DNA of 64,000 nucleotides from Acidobacteriaceae bacterium (GTDB lineage Bacteria; Acidobacteriota; Terriglobia; Terriglobales; Acidobacteriaceae). The translations under genes and the position numbers were made by a program. Location of the stretch: NCBI GenBank assembly GCA_021323655.1, contig JAJPKO010000043.1, positions 22,337 to 86,336 of the forward strand, in the 5' to 3' direction. A model generated the notes under the pieces. It saw only the letters and a program-made list of their open reading frames with translations. It ran no database searches and was not told the origin of the DNA. Positions 9,106 to 18,389 of the stretch are shown here, piece after piece. Positions within the stretch are counted from its first letter, which is position 1. The number at the start of each line of letters is the position of its first letter.

Positions 9106-10059
9106 ATGCAGGCGCTGCCTGTGCTCGCAGCGATTCCAACCGCCTACGATCACGAACTCCGCGCTGAACTGCTCTACGATCTTTGTGCTGCGTTGGTGCG
9201 CGAAGGGCTTGCAGGACCGGAACTGTGGCGAAAGTGCGGAGGAAGCTCAGTCGTCTTTGCCGAAAGAGCCATTATGGAATCGATCGGCGAAGATCGATGG
9301 AACCTGCTCCAGCGCAACGTCGAGTACCATCTCTCGGTCAGCGATGTAGCCGAGCAGGATGGCGAAGAAACCCTTGTTGGCCGCGGCCGACTGGCAGTGA
9401 CCATCGAATGTGGCGGCGCTGGATACCTCAAGATCGGTCCGGCGATTGCGGCACTCGAAGAAGAGGTCGCGGGATTGGGAGCAGCTTTCTACTGGACGCT
9501 CATCTATGCGTTGTACCGCGTCATGCGCATCTATGGCCACGACGACGCCCTCCAGTACGAGGAACGAATGCGAGAGTACGCCGAAGAGGACGAGGAAAGC
9601 CGCGGACAGTACGAATTTCCCGAGGTCGAGAAGGCGTTGCCGGAGTGCATTCGGAAGAGTCTCAAGAAGGACGACCACCGCGGTTTCGTCCGGGATGCGC
9701 GGCGTCTTCTCGCACAACATCGGAACGGAAAATACCGTTCTTGGATTGAGCATGTTTTGAAGATCGCTCGACTCTCGCGGGTAAGGATGCGATCGAACTC
9801 TTGCGTCCGAGAAGATGGTGGGTACGACAGTATTCCGTTGCCGTCTCTGCTGGTTGCCTTCAAGGACCACGATGCCGTGGTCGCCTGTTTCGATGAAGAA
9901 AGCCAGTATATGCTTGAAGGCGATGCGGAGCCGAGTCTGAGCCTGACCTTCTCCCCAAGGAAACCTGAAGAGGTCAAGCAGGCGATACAAGCGGTCCGCC
10001 GCTTCGTCGCAGTCAATACCGAGCTGTTTGAGATGGTTGAGGAATTGAAGAGGTCATGA
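9106..10059 (+). CDS. PRTRC system protein F (start chosen at in-frame ATG 9106 rather than track start 8971)
   Basis: The call rests on size, position after protein C and acidic helical content. The 8971 start would overlap the preceding ORF by 115 nt. This is a family call from memory. Confidence 0.5.
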   Translation: MQALPVLAAIPTAYDHELRAELLYDLCAALVREGLAGPELWRKCGGSSVVFAERAIMESIGEDRWNLLQRNVEYHLSVSDVAEQDGEETLVGRGRLAVTIECGGAGYLKIGPAIAALEEEVAGLGAAFYWTLIYALYRVMRIYGHDDALQYEERMREYAEEDEESRGQYEFPEVEKALPECIRKSLKKDDHRGFVRDARRLLAQHRNGKYRSWIEHVLKIARLSRVRMRSNSCVREDGGYDSIPLPSLLVAFKDHDAVVACFDEESQYMLEGDAEPSLSLTFSPRKPEEVKQAIQAVRRFVAVNTELFEMVEELKRS

Positions 10060-10094
10060 TTAAGGCTATGTATGTCTCCCGTGCTCGAGCAAGT

Positions 10095-10838
10095 TCAATC
10101 TCCCATGGGTTCAAACGACCCGAGGAGGGGACTGCGGATCTCTCGTGGAGGTGTAGGTGTCCACCTCAGTGAGGGCGAACGTTCGTTGAGCCACTGTGCC
10201 AGACGCTCAAGCATCAGAACGGAACTTGAGACTAGCATGGGAGCCCCCAACCTCTGACCTAACTGCGCCAGCGGCGATGTATTTTGGTTGAGCGTGAGAA
10301 TAACCTCGAGCGATAACCCCACAATAAATAACAAGGTGATCCCCAGGAAATAGAGCCGTCTATTTCTATTTCCATAGAGAAAGCTAAAGAGGCCCCGGGT
10401 TCCAGCTTTCCATTCTGCGAAGAGAAAACCATCGTTATGGCCACCACCCCGCTCGCGTATCTCACAGTGAGTCAGACTAAGCTTTGGATGTTCTCCGGCA
10501 CCGAACTCGGTGAGAAGATCGACGAGCAGAGCATGGCCGGTGGGAACTAGGAGCCTTAGTTGCGGATTCCGAAGCCGTAGGAGCAGTTCCTTATTGTCGA
10601 GCACGCTCACGGAAGCGACTGTCCCATCTAACGCGTGTCGTGCAACAAATCGTACCGTCCTTTGGAAGCGGTGCAAATCAACCTCGGACATGTCGGCGAT
10701 TAGGGCATCAATTATGTCTGTTCTTTCAGCTGCGTCATCGGTTTCTATGAGGCTGTGCCTAGAAAAGGCAAGGCTCACCTCTCGAGCGACTTGGTCTTGC
10801 CAAGTTTCGGCTGCACGCAGGACGGCGATGATTCTCAT
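10095..10838 (-). CDS. Single-pass membrane protein, candidate effector partner of the TIR protein
   Basis: 247 aa with one hydrophobic helix, LYFLGITLLFIVGLSLEVILTL, near residue 170. Its ATG overlaps the TIR gene stop (ATGA). Confidence 0.55.
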   Translation of the reverse strand: MRIIAVLRAAETWQDQVAREVSLAFSRHSLIETDDAAERTDIIDALIADMSEVDLHRFQRTVRFVARHALDGTVASVSVLDNKELLLRLRNPQLRLLVPTGHALLVDLLTEFGAGEHPKLSLTHCEIRERGGGHNDGFLFAEWKAGTRGLFSFLYGNRNRRLYFLGITLLFIVGLSLEVILTLNQNTSPLAQLGQRLGAPMLVSSSVLMLERLAQWLNERSPSLRWTPTPPREIRSPLLGSFEPMGD

Positions 10839-11575
10839 ATCGTCGTGCCTCCAACTGTCACATGGCGTTGGTGCCTAGCGCCGGCAACATCGTCCCAGCT
10901 CAGGTCAAATTCTTGGCTGTCTGGGGCGGGTTGGCGAAGGAGGGTCCTGCCCTGGCCCGCCTGCAGAGATTGCCCTACGATAGCAACGAGCCACTCAGGT
11001 GTACCACCTGTGGCGGGCACAACGCCCAAATTAGAGATGGGCGTATTCGATGTATTCTTGAACTCCAGTGTGCGGCCGACAGCTTTGACCTCCAACGCAT
11101 CACTAGGAGCCTGGAACTTCTTTGCAAGCTGGAGGAGTGGTTCTTTATCGATCCCGCCACTGTACTCGAGTGAATTGGCGACGGCCTCTGCCAATTGCAG
11201 CCAACCGCTCTCGGTTTCTAGTGCTGGTGCTTGTAGTTCATCGAGACTCCACGGCAATCTCGATGGAGGCATATGAACAGCACACGGTATTATCCGCTTG
11301 TCATAAGCGAATGCAGCACCTATTTCAAAAGCCACCTCTTTGCTTTTGGTCGCTGCTGGCGTGCACCAGAGCACCACCAAGCTCGCATCACGGATTGCTT
11401 CGAGGATTACCTGTCGCCATTTTTCTCCCGCCTGGATCGCAGTGCCGGAAGAAGTGTTGAAGGTGCGCACTCTGTGCGAAAAGGCTTGACGAAGAGCGTA
11501 TGCAAGCGCATTGGCTTCATCTCTGTCCTCAGAGGAGTGGCTGACAAAAATAGGTCCAGTCACAAAGCCTCCCAT
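10835..11575 (-). CDS. TIR-domain protein with about 110 aa C-terminal domain of unknown function
   Basis: IFVSHSSEDRDEANAL begins the TIR domain. LVVLWCTPAATKSKEVAFEIGAAF carries the conserved SxxVxFE segment with the catalytic-position Glu. Confidence 0.7.
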   Translation of the reverse strand: MGGFVTGPIFVSHSSEDRDEANALAYALRQAFSHRVRTFNTSSGTAIQAGEKWRQVILEAIRDASLVVLWCTPAATKSKEVAFEIGAAFAYDKRIIPCAVHMPPSRLPWSLDELQAPALETESGWLQLAEAVANSLEYSGGIDKEPLLQLAKKFQAPSDALEVKAVGRTLEFKNTSNTPISNLGVVPATGGTPEWLVAIVGQSLQAGQGRTLLRQPAPDSQEFDLSWDDVAGARHQRHVTVGGTTI

Positions 11576-11817
11576 GGGTAGGAATGGTGTTTGCCTTTGA
11601 TGAATGCGTAAAAGCCATTGTATGCGAAATCTCCAACTTTGATTCGGAAGAATCAGACTCTCTAAGTCTGATGCGGATGGAGCGCTAGATTAGGTCAATT
11701 TAGGCCCGCTCAAACTGGCGATTTCGATCGGGACGTTTGTGGCACTCTGGCCCAAAAAGGTGAATGCCCGACGCCGGGTTCTCGGAATACTCCACAACTG
11801 CCGTTGGGAGGCACGGT

Positions 11818-12525
11818 ATGCAGGTACACATCTCGATCGGGGAGAACCATCGCTTCGAGTTGCGTGAGGCGCTGCTCGTCTACGGAGACCGCCAGCGGAG
11901 ATTTGTGACCCGGCACTCGGTCGTGCTGCATGACGGTGCGCCGCCAACTCTCGAACCTGCGCAGCCCCTAACCCTCGGCTTCGTCGAGTCGCTTGTTCGC
12001 TCGCTTTCGGGAGGCTCCACGGCCGAAGTGCTTCCCGAGAACGTGCTCGCCAAGGGCGAACGCATGATTGTCTGGTGGACCCCGCGATGCCGCCGCCAGA
12101 TGTTCTACGAAAACTCCGAACAGAAGGCCATACAGCTGAACGGCTGCGTGTTTCCGCAGCCGCCGCTGGTGTGGCGAGTTCAAAACGGCGATCTTAAAAT
12201 TCGTGCACTCGCCGAGAACAAACGACCGTGCGCTGCTACGACGCTCGCCGTCGCACCCTTTTGGAATCTTTCGGAAGACGGCCGTGTCTGCACCGGTTCG
12301 ATGCGCCGTCCCGACAATGACACGGTAGCCTCGATTCCGGAGTGGGAGAGAGGTTTCTATGAGAGTGCTTTCACGCACGCAAATGTCGGCCGATTGACAC
12401 GGCATCGCGGCGGTTTCGAGGGGTTGTGGAACGAACTCATAAACCAGCGCAAGCCGTTTCCCGAACTCACACTGATCCAGTTGCCGCAGACGCTCGCGCA
12501 ATTCGTGCGAGGAGAAAGGAGGTAG
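11818..12525 (+). CDS. PRTRC system protein B (E2/UBC-like, conserved Cys)
   Basis: APFWNLSEDGRVCTGSM resembles the HPN-x-G-x-C catalytic loop of E2 folds. It lies immediately upstream of the ThiF gene. GGGAG lies 7 nt before the ATG at 11818; the track start at 11764 has no SD. Confidence 0.55.
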   Translation: MQVHISIGENHRFELREALLVYGDRQRRFVTRHSVVLHDGAPPTLEPAQPLTLGFVESLVRSLSGGSTAEVLPENVLAKGERMIVWWTPRCRRQMFYENSEQKAIQLNGCVFPQPPLVWRVQNGDLKIRALAENKRPCAATTLAVAPFWNLSEDGRVCTGSMRRPDNDTVASIPEWERGFYESAFTHANVGRLTRHRGGFEGLWNELINQRKPFPELTLIQLPQTLAQFVRGERR

Positions 12526-12526
12526 G

Positions 12527-13345
12527 ATGCGTGTCGAACATACCTTGCCTCCCGATCTTTTGCAGAACCGCGCGGTCCAAATTCTTATCATCGGCGCAGG
12601 TGGGACCGGAAGCGCGATGGTGATGGGACTGCCATACCTCGATCAGGCAATGCGGGTGTGGGGCCACCGCTACGGACTCGCCGTCGCTTTGATGGACGCC
12701 GACATAGTATCGGAGACTAACTGCGTCCGCCAGCCCTTCTCTCTGTCCGACATCGGCCAGAACAAGGCGACAGTTCTGATCAATCGCATTAACCTCTTCT
12801 GGGGCACAAACTGGCAGGCCATCCCGAATCAATTTCATGCGCGCTCCTTCGAGCGACACTACGATCGCTGCCCGGACCTCGTGATCGGCTGCGTGGACAC
12901 CCGCGCCGCGCGGCGGGCGATAGAAGGCTCCTTTTCGCACGCTCTGAACCGCGTTTGCTATTGGCTTGACCTTGGCAACAGCGCGGCCAGCGGTCAATAT
13001 GTCCTCGGCCAGCCGCTCAACGCGCGAAACCGCAGGAGAGCGGAGCGGCTGCGTACGGTGAGTGAGTTATATCCAGAGATTGTGAACGAGAATGCTGGAG
13101 AAGATGCGTTGCCGAGTTGCTCTGCTGTCGAAGCGCTCGAGCGCCAGGAACCGTTCATCAATCAGACGCTCGCCGCAAGCGCACTCGCGATGCTCGCGCA
13201 ACTGTTCCGCTACGGAAAACTGCAACACCATGGCGCCTTTTTCAACGCCAGGACGGGGCAGATGTGCGCCCTGCCGATCGACCCGGCGCTGTGGCGCAAA
13301 ACGAGAAGGCGGACTAAGAGATCGCAGAGCGGCAAATTGACGTGA
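12527..13345 (+). CDS. PRTRC system ThiF-family (E1-like adenylyltransferase) protein
   Basis: ILIIGAGGTGSAMV is a Rossmann GxGxxG loop, and DADIVSETNCVRQ is the ThiF/MoeB-type motif. An AGGAGG SD is present. Confidence 0.75.
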   Translation: MRVEHTLPPDLLQNRAVQILIIGAGGTGSAMVMGLPYLDQAMRVWGHRYGLAVALMDADIVSETNCVRQPFSLSDIGQNKATVLINRINLFWGTNWQAIPNQFHARSFERHYDRCPDLVIGCVDTRAARRAIEGSFSHALNRVCYWLDLGNSAASGQYVLGQPLNARNRRRAERLRTVSELYPEIVNENAGEDALPSCSAVEALERQEPFINQTLAASALAMLAQLFRYGKLQHHGAFFNARTGQMCALPIDPALWRKTRRRTKRSQSGKLT

Positions 13346-13406
13346 TAACTGCATCGGGAATGCAGGATGTGTGCTAAGTATTCGTAGACACGTTTGGAGC
13401 GCTTCT

Positions 13407-13730
13407 ATGAAGATGACTCTCGATCCCGATCTCGCAAATGAAGCAAAAGCTCTCGTCGCCCTAGCCTTTCGGAATGGCCCGATTGAAGAGCTTCATGCAG
13501 GCATTGCCCGCCCCGTCTGCAGCGGCAAGACCGAAATCTTCCACATCTCCGATGAGGAGATGAGGCGCCTGATGAAGTCCGCCGTCAATGCACTCTACCG
13601 GCTTTTGTGGCAGCGAGAGTACGATCCTGCGCATTATCAGGAGAACATGACGCTCGGCCGTCGTTACACCCTGCACTGGGACGATCCAGAGATGAGACAA
13701 ACCTCTCGGAAGAGATCGCGTCCCACGTGA
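13407..13730 (+). CDS. Hypothetical protein
   Basis: The ORF has a GGAG SD 7 nt before the ATG at 13407. No motif is recognised. Confidence 0.4.
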   Translation: MKMTLDPDLANEAKALVALAFRNGPIEELHAGIARPVCSGKTEIFHISDEEMRRLMKSAVNALYRLLWQREYDPAHYQENMTLGRRYTLHWDDPEMRQTSRKRSRPT

Positions 13731-13755
13731 GACACATTCCAAGGAGAGTATCCCA

Positions 13756-14286
13756 ATGTTCAAAGAGCTTGCTCCGTACTTGCGGCAGCGCGCTGTCTTG
13801 CTGACGGTCACCAACGTAGAAGAAGACCAAATTCGTGTCAACGTCATTCCACAAAAGCTGAAAGATGGCGAGAACACTGCGCTGACCACGCCTCTAACCA
13901 TAACCGGGACCGCGGGGGACCTTGACCGCGATCTGCCTGCCACGCTGGTCAACTTTGTTTCCGCACACCTGCAATTGAAGAACACACTCGACCGCGCTAA
14001 GGCGGAGATGGAAGCTGCCGCGAAGACCGCTCAGGCAGAGGCCCGCGCAAAGAGTAAAACGACGGCGATGAAACCTATTCCGAAGGGGGAGCCTGCGAAG
14101 GCTGCGGAGACCGCTACACCAGCACCGCAGGCGAACCCTGTGCCTCCGAGGACTGCGAGCCTCTTCGACGCGGGCGCACATGCCGCAGTTCCTGCTCCTG
14201 AGGAAGTCGAGGAAGAGGAGATTCACGGTGAAACCAACGAAACGGAAGAGGAAGGCGACGACGAAGGGTTTGATGAGGCCGCGTGA
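13756..14286 (+). CDS. PRTRC system protein E
   Basis: MFKELAPYL...LLTVTNVEEDQIRVNVIPQKL..ALTTPLTITGTAGDLDRDLPATL is followed by an Ala/Lys/Glu-rich tail. This matches my recollection of TIGR03741. Confidence 0.6.
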   Translation: MFKELAPYLRQRAVLLTVTNVEEDQIRVNVIPQKLKDGENTALTTPLTITGTAGDLDRDLPATLVNFVSAHLQLKNTLDRAKAEMEAAAKTAQAEARAKSKTTAMKPIPKGEPAKAAETATPAPQANPVPPRTASLFDAGAHAAVPAPEEVEEEEIHGETNETEEEGDDEGFDEAA

Positions 14287-14322
14287 ACTGATGCCCTGAC
14301 CTTCCTCAAAGAGGTGGTTACG

Positions 14323-15400
14323 TCAATCAACCAGCGGTTGCTCCACCTGTGTATCCAAATCAGGTCTTGCGTCGAAGAAGTTGCCAAGCCCGACTTCGAC
14401 CAGACGAAATCTCTCTACGGGATCGAGTGACACTCGATCCCGAAGCGAGAGGGCGATCTCTGTTAATTCCTCACAGGACGCCGGCGGGAGTGGAGGAGTG
14501 AGGCTTCGAGTGAGGATCTGGAACTCGGCCGTCTTGAGCTTCAGAACTACCGTGCGCGCAAATCCTCGTCTCTTTGCGTGAGGCCGCCCACGTCTTCTCG
14601 GCAAGCCTCCGGATCATCGGTTCGGTTTCAGCCAACAACACGTCCTGATCGAAGGTGTCCTCGGCCGAGATGGACTTCGTCGGCCGGTTCGATTGGACCG
14701 GATTCTCATCGATTCCGCGGGCCAACTCATATAGCCGCTGTCCGTAGCGCCCGAACGAGCTCTGCAATTGCTCAAGGGACCGCGCGCGAACCTCCCCCAC
14801 CGTGCGCAGTCCAAGCTTGGCCAGTCTCGCCTCGGCGACCTTCCCCACACCCGGAATACGGCCGACCGGCAGGGGCGTCAGAAACTCTTCCACCTCGGCG
14901 GGCTGGATGACAAAAAGCCCGTTCGGCTTGCGCCAGTCGGAGGCGATCTTTGCCAGGAACTTGTTGGGCGCGACACCGGCAGACGCGGTGAGATTTAGCT
15001 CCTCCCGAATCTGCTGCCGAATTGTGCTTGCAACCTTGGTTGCCGTGGCAAGGCCGCTCTTGTTCTCCGTGACATCGAGATAGGCTTCATCGAGCGATAA
15101 CGGTTCGATCAGATCGGTGTGTCTTAAGAAGATGTCGCGCACCGCGCGGGAGACCGCGCGATAGCGCGCGAAGTCCGGCGGAATGAAGATGGCCTCTGGG
15201 CAAAGGCGCTCCGCGTAGCCCGCGGCCATTGCCGACCGCACACCGAAGCGCCGCGCTTCATAGGGAGCCGCGCAGACGACAGAGCGTTTGCCCTTCCAGG
15301 CCACGTCGACTGGCTTGCCGCGCAGCTCCAGGTTGTCGCGCTGCTCGACCGAAGCATAGAACGCGTCCATGTCGATGTGCACAATCTTCCGTACGCTCAT
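14323..15400 (-). pseudogene. dinB: DNA polymerase IV with a frameshift near 14560-14580
   Basis: IVHIDMDAFYASVEQRD, SLDEAYLDVT and ASAGVAPNKFLAKIASD are Y-family polymerase motifs in ORF 14471..15400. The little-finger segment GFARTVVLKLKTAEFQILTRS continues in another frame (ORF 14323..14604). Confidence 0.8.
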
Positions 15401-15519
15401 CCTGTCTCCATGGTAGGATGGCGAACCCGACGCGAATTGCCTCTTTCGCGATAAAGCAAATCACCTCGAATTCCCCCCAAAAAGCCTATCCACAACTGAA
15501 AACCAGAAGGAGGACGGCG

Positions 15520-15951
15520 ATGAACTTTGTCTTCCACGACGGCGGCCGTGCCGCTGCAGGCTACAGGTGCGCGACCGGCGATTGCGTCACGCGGTCCATT
15601 GCGATTGCGACCGGCAAGCCCTATCAGGAAGTCTACGACGCGCTCAATCGACTTGGGCAGACGGAGCGCATTACCAAACGGAAGAAGAAACGCTCGAGTA
15701 GCCGCACCGGAGTTTTTCGCGCAACGTATCAGCGTTACCTCGAATCGCTCGGCTGGCGTTGGACCTCGACGATGTCGATTGGCACGGGGTGCCGGGTGCA
15801 TCTGCGGGCATCGGAGCTTCCGCAGGGACCACTCCTGGTCAAGGTCTCACGGCATCCGACTGCCGTGATCGACGGCGTTCTCTACGACACGCACAACTGC
15901 TCGCGCAGCGGAATGCGTTGCGTCTACGGTTACTTCTCTCTGAGGCCTTAG
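15520..15951 (+). CDS. Conserved hypothetical protein (MGE-associated type)
   Basis: MNFVFHDGGRAAAGYRCATGDCVTRSIAIATGKPYQEVYDAL follows AGGAGG. The longer track ORF starting at 15229 is Arg-rich read-through. Confidence 0.5.
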   Translation: MNFVFHDGGRAAAGYRCATGDCVTRSIAIATGKPYQEVYDALNRLGQTERITKRKKKRSSSRTGVFRATYQRYLESLGWRWTSTMSIGTGCRVHLRASELPQGPLLVKVSRHPTAVIDGVLYDTHNCSRSGMRCVYGYFSLRP

Positions 15952-16095
15952 CCGCGCACTCCATCCTGGGGTCGCAACTGGCCACTGCCGAGATTCCATT
16001 CGACAATGCATCGGTCTTTGCCGCGCAAGCCTCGTGGCCATGCTGCGCCCCTCACCCTGCAACGAACGACCAACCGGCAGTAATGGAGACCTCAG

Positions 16096-17190
16096 ATGCT
16101 TCTGACGATGGAATCGAAGACGGCCGCAACTCACAAGCTCGAACAGCTGATCGCGCAGGGGCGAAGCAGAGCGGGCGAGGTTGTGGACCATGTGATGAAC
16201 AACCAACCGAGCGACCGCCTCGCCCGGGGCGCAGAACTCAGCTTCACTCCGGATCCAGGAGCGAATGCTGTGCTTATCGAATACCCCGGCGAACACGCGG
16301 GCGGCATCCGGCAGCGGCTTCACCGCCATTCCGTGCAGCAGATGGCGCAGACCACGGACCTGCCCATCAAGTTCATCGACAGCCTGCAGCAGACCGCCGA
16401 GCCGTGGGCACGCGAACTGCTTGCTCACAATCTCAAGACAGTCTTCATCAACCGCTTCGCCAAGAGCCGCTATCTCTTGCGCTCGGTCAATGGCGAGGTC
16501 AGGGGTTTTCTTTCGGACCGATATCGGCGTCTCGACTCGCGGCCGATCATCGAGGCATTCGCGACCGCTGTCCAGCAGAAGGGCGCACTGCCTTACGACG
16601 GCTACGTCACAGACACTAAGGTTGCCTTGCAGGCGGTTATGCCCGAGGTCTACGAGCCGATTCCGGGCGAGATGGTCGCCTACGGCCTGAGCCTCGAAAA
16701 CTCGGACTTCGGCAATGGCGCGCTCTCCGTCCGGGCCTATCTACTGCGGATCTGGTGCTCGAATCTCGCGATCACTCAGGAGGAGATGCGGCAGGTTCAC
16801 CTGGGCCGGAGACTGGACGAATCGGTCCTCTACTCGCAGCGTACTTATGACCTCGATGCGGAGACAACGGTCAGCGCCCTGCGGGACGTGATCGGCTCTC
16901 AATTGAACGCGGACGGGCTTCGCCGGCGGATGGACTCGGTTCGCCGGGCTCAAGAACAGAGTGTGGACGCCGGCTCCGCCAGGGATCTGCTCCGCAAGAC
17001 GCTGCTCAAGACCGAATCGGACGCAGTGATCGAGGCCTACAACTCGCCCGACACGCAGAACCTGCCAGCCGGCAACACGACTTGGCGCCTCTCAAACGCA
17101 ATCTCCTGGGTAGCTGGGAACACCGGCGATCCGGAGCGGAAGCTCGCACTGATGAAGTTCGCCGGCGAAGTGTTGCCGATGGCAGCGTAG
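16096..17190 (+). CDS. DUF932-family protein (phage/plasmid-like)
   Basis: LSLENSDFGNGALSVRAYLLRIWCSNLAI resembles the DUF932 core (NSxDGSxA...R.xCxN). The size and MGE context fit. Confidence 0.55.
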   Translation: MLLTMESKTAATHKLEQLIAQGRSRAGEVVDHVMNNQPSDRLARGAELSFTPDPGANAVLIEYPGEHAGGIRQRLHRHSVQQMAQTTDLPIKFIDSLQQTAEPWARELLAHNLKTVFINRFAKSRYLLRSVNGEVRGFLSDRYRRLDSRPIIEAFATAVQQKGALPYDGYVTDTKVALQAVMPEVYEPIPGEMVAYGLSLENSDFGNGALSVRAYLLRIWCSNLAITQEEMRQVHLGRRLDESVLYSQRTYDLDAETTVSALRDVIGSQLNADGLRRRMDSVRRAQEQSVDAGSARDLLRKTLLKTESDAVIEAYNSPDTQNLPAGNTTWRLSNAISWVAGNTGDPERKLALMKFAGEVLPMAA

Positions 17191-17200
17191 GGCGGTAGTA

Positions 17201-17224
17201 AGGTGGAGGCTTTGGCCTCCACCT
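17201..17224. terminator. Perfect hairpin between convergent genes (possible bidirectional terminator, no clear U-tract)
   Basis: AGGTGGAGGC-TTTG-GCCTCCACCT. Confidence 0.4.
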
Positions 17225-17264
17225 CAAACCTTCTACCTCTTGACGGATTTCTTGGCTGTCTTCT

Positions 17265-17492
17265 TTACGGCCTTTTGGGCAGCTTCTTCGCTGGGGCCTT
17301 CTTAGCCGCTTTCTTTGCAGATTTCTTCGCAGCTTTCTCGGCGAGAGCTCTCTTCACTCCATGTCCCCAGCCGCCAGCAGCTTCTCTCTGGCGAGTGACA
17401 ACGTGGACCTGCGATTCAGCTCGTTCCTGCTTCGTGACTGGGAAGGCGAGCTTCGCCAAAGAGGACAGACTCAGGAATTCCGGCGGATTCAC
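17265..17492 (-). CDS. Small protein with Lys/Ala-rich histone-H1-like tail
   Basis: The GTG start overlaps the upstream stop (GTGA). The tail is AEKAAKKSAKKAAKKAPAKK. A K/A-rich continuation, KAVKKTAKKSVKR, exists in another frame past the stop. Confidence 0.35.
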   Translation of the reverse strand: MNPPEFLSLSSLAKLAFPVTKQERAESQVHVVTRQREAAGGWGHGVKRALAEKAAKKSAKKAAKKAPAKKLPKRP

Positions 17493-18034
17493 TCTCGGCA
17501 GGACGTAACGAGAGGAGAAACGCTGACTTCATCCGGCTCCGTGAGTTCATTGGCAACAGGACCATAGGTGACCACGGGATATGCTTGCGGCTCGAAATAG
17601 TTGATCGAGAAGAGCGGCCAGCCCAGAATCTGCGACTCTGCAATCTTCATCGTCTTGCGCACGTCAGGCCAGATCCAGCGCTTCTTATACTCGAACTCGA
17701 TCGCCTCGTAAGAGTGGAGATAAATATCCCAGCGCCTTGGCCAGTACCGGAGCCGCAGGTTCGCCACCCGCGCTTCGCCGGAGTTCAGGGTAATGGTATG
17801 CGTCCTCTCTTGGCTCTCCGTGAGCTGAAAGGACTTCGTGCCGGTGAGGCTCTCCTCGCTCGTCTCAGTAAACTCGTACTCCGTTTTAGCGAGGAGTTCA
17901 GAGCCAAGTTTGCCTGAGAATCCCGGCGCTTTTACACCAAGTTCCGAAGTGACCTTGGACGAGAGTTGATCGAGCACTCGCTGCGAGACCGCGAAGCGAA
18001 GACCGGCGGTCATCGTGTCTGTGAGAACCGTCAC
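17489..18034 (-). CDS. Hypothetical protein
   Basis: 181 aa ORF that is translationally coupled on both sides by GTGA overlaps. No motif is recognised. Confidence 0.45.
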   Translation of the reverse strand: MTVLTDTMTAGLRFAVSQRVLDQLSSKVTSELGVKAPGFSGKLGSELLAKTEYEFTETSEESLTGTKSFQLTESQERTHTITLNSGEARVANLRLRYWPRRWDIYLHSYEAIEFEYKKRWIWPDVRKTMKIAESQILGWPLFSINYFEPQAYPVVTYGPVANELTEPDEVSVSPLVTSCRE

Positions 18035-18303
18035 TGTCTGTGCGCGGTTTCGATCGAGATGCAGTCAACCGAGACTGGGTGACTCTCCTTGATATTGCCA
18101 TCGCGGTACTCATCGAGCTCGTGATGCACGATCAGAAGTCGAACTCGGACCGCGGAATGACGGTCTCGCACCTTTTCCAGCTCGATTGAACGGTCAGGTC
18201 TTTTGCGGGCAGATCGTCCCATGTCTTGCTGATCGAACTCACAAACCCTCCGAGAACCGATGGCGCCAGTACGAAATATCAAGGCTGCAGTGTGACCTCC
18301 CAA
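18031..18303 (-). CDS. Small hypothetical protein (start uncertain)
   Basis: First ORF of a three-ORF minus-strand string. Confidence 0.3.
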   Translation of the reverse strand: MGGHTAALIFRTGAIGSRRVCEFDQQDMGRSARKRPDRSIELEKVRDRHSAVRVRLLIVHHELDEYRDGNIKESHPVSVDCISIETAHRQ

Positions 18304-18389
18304 CTTTAACTTGTTCGCCGACCTTCAGGCGATATCTCTGAAGGGACGATGCTTGACGCGCACCGCCCCCTCCTAACAGGAGTGCGTCC

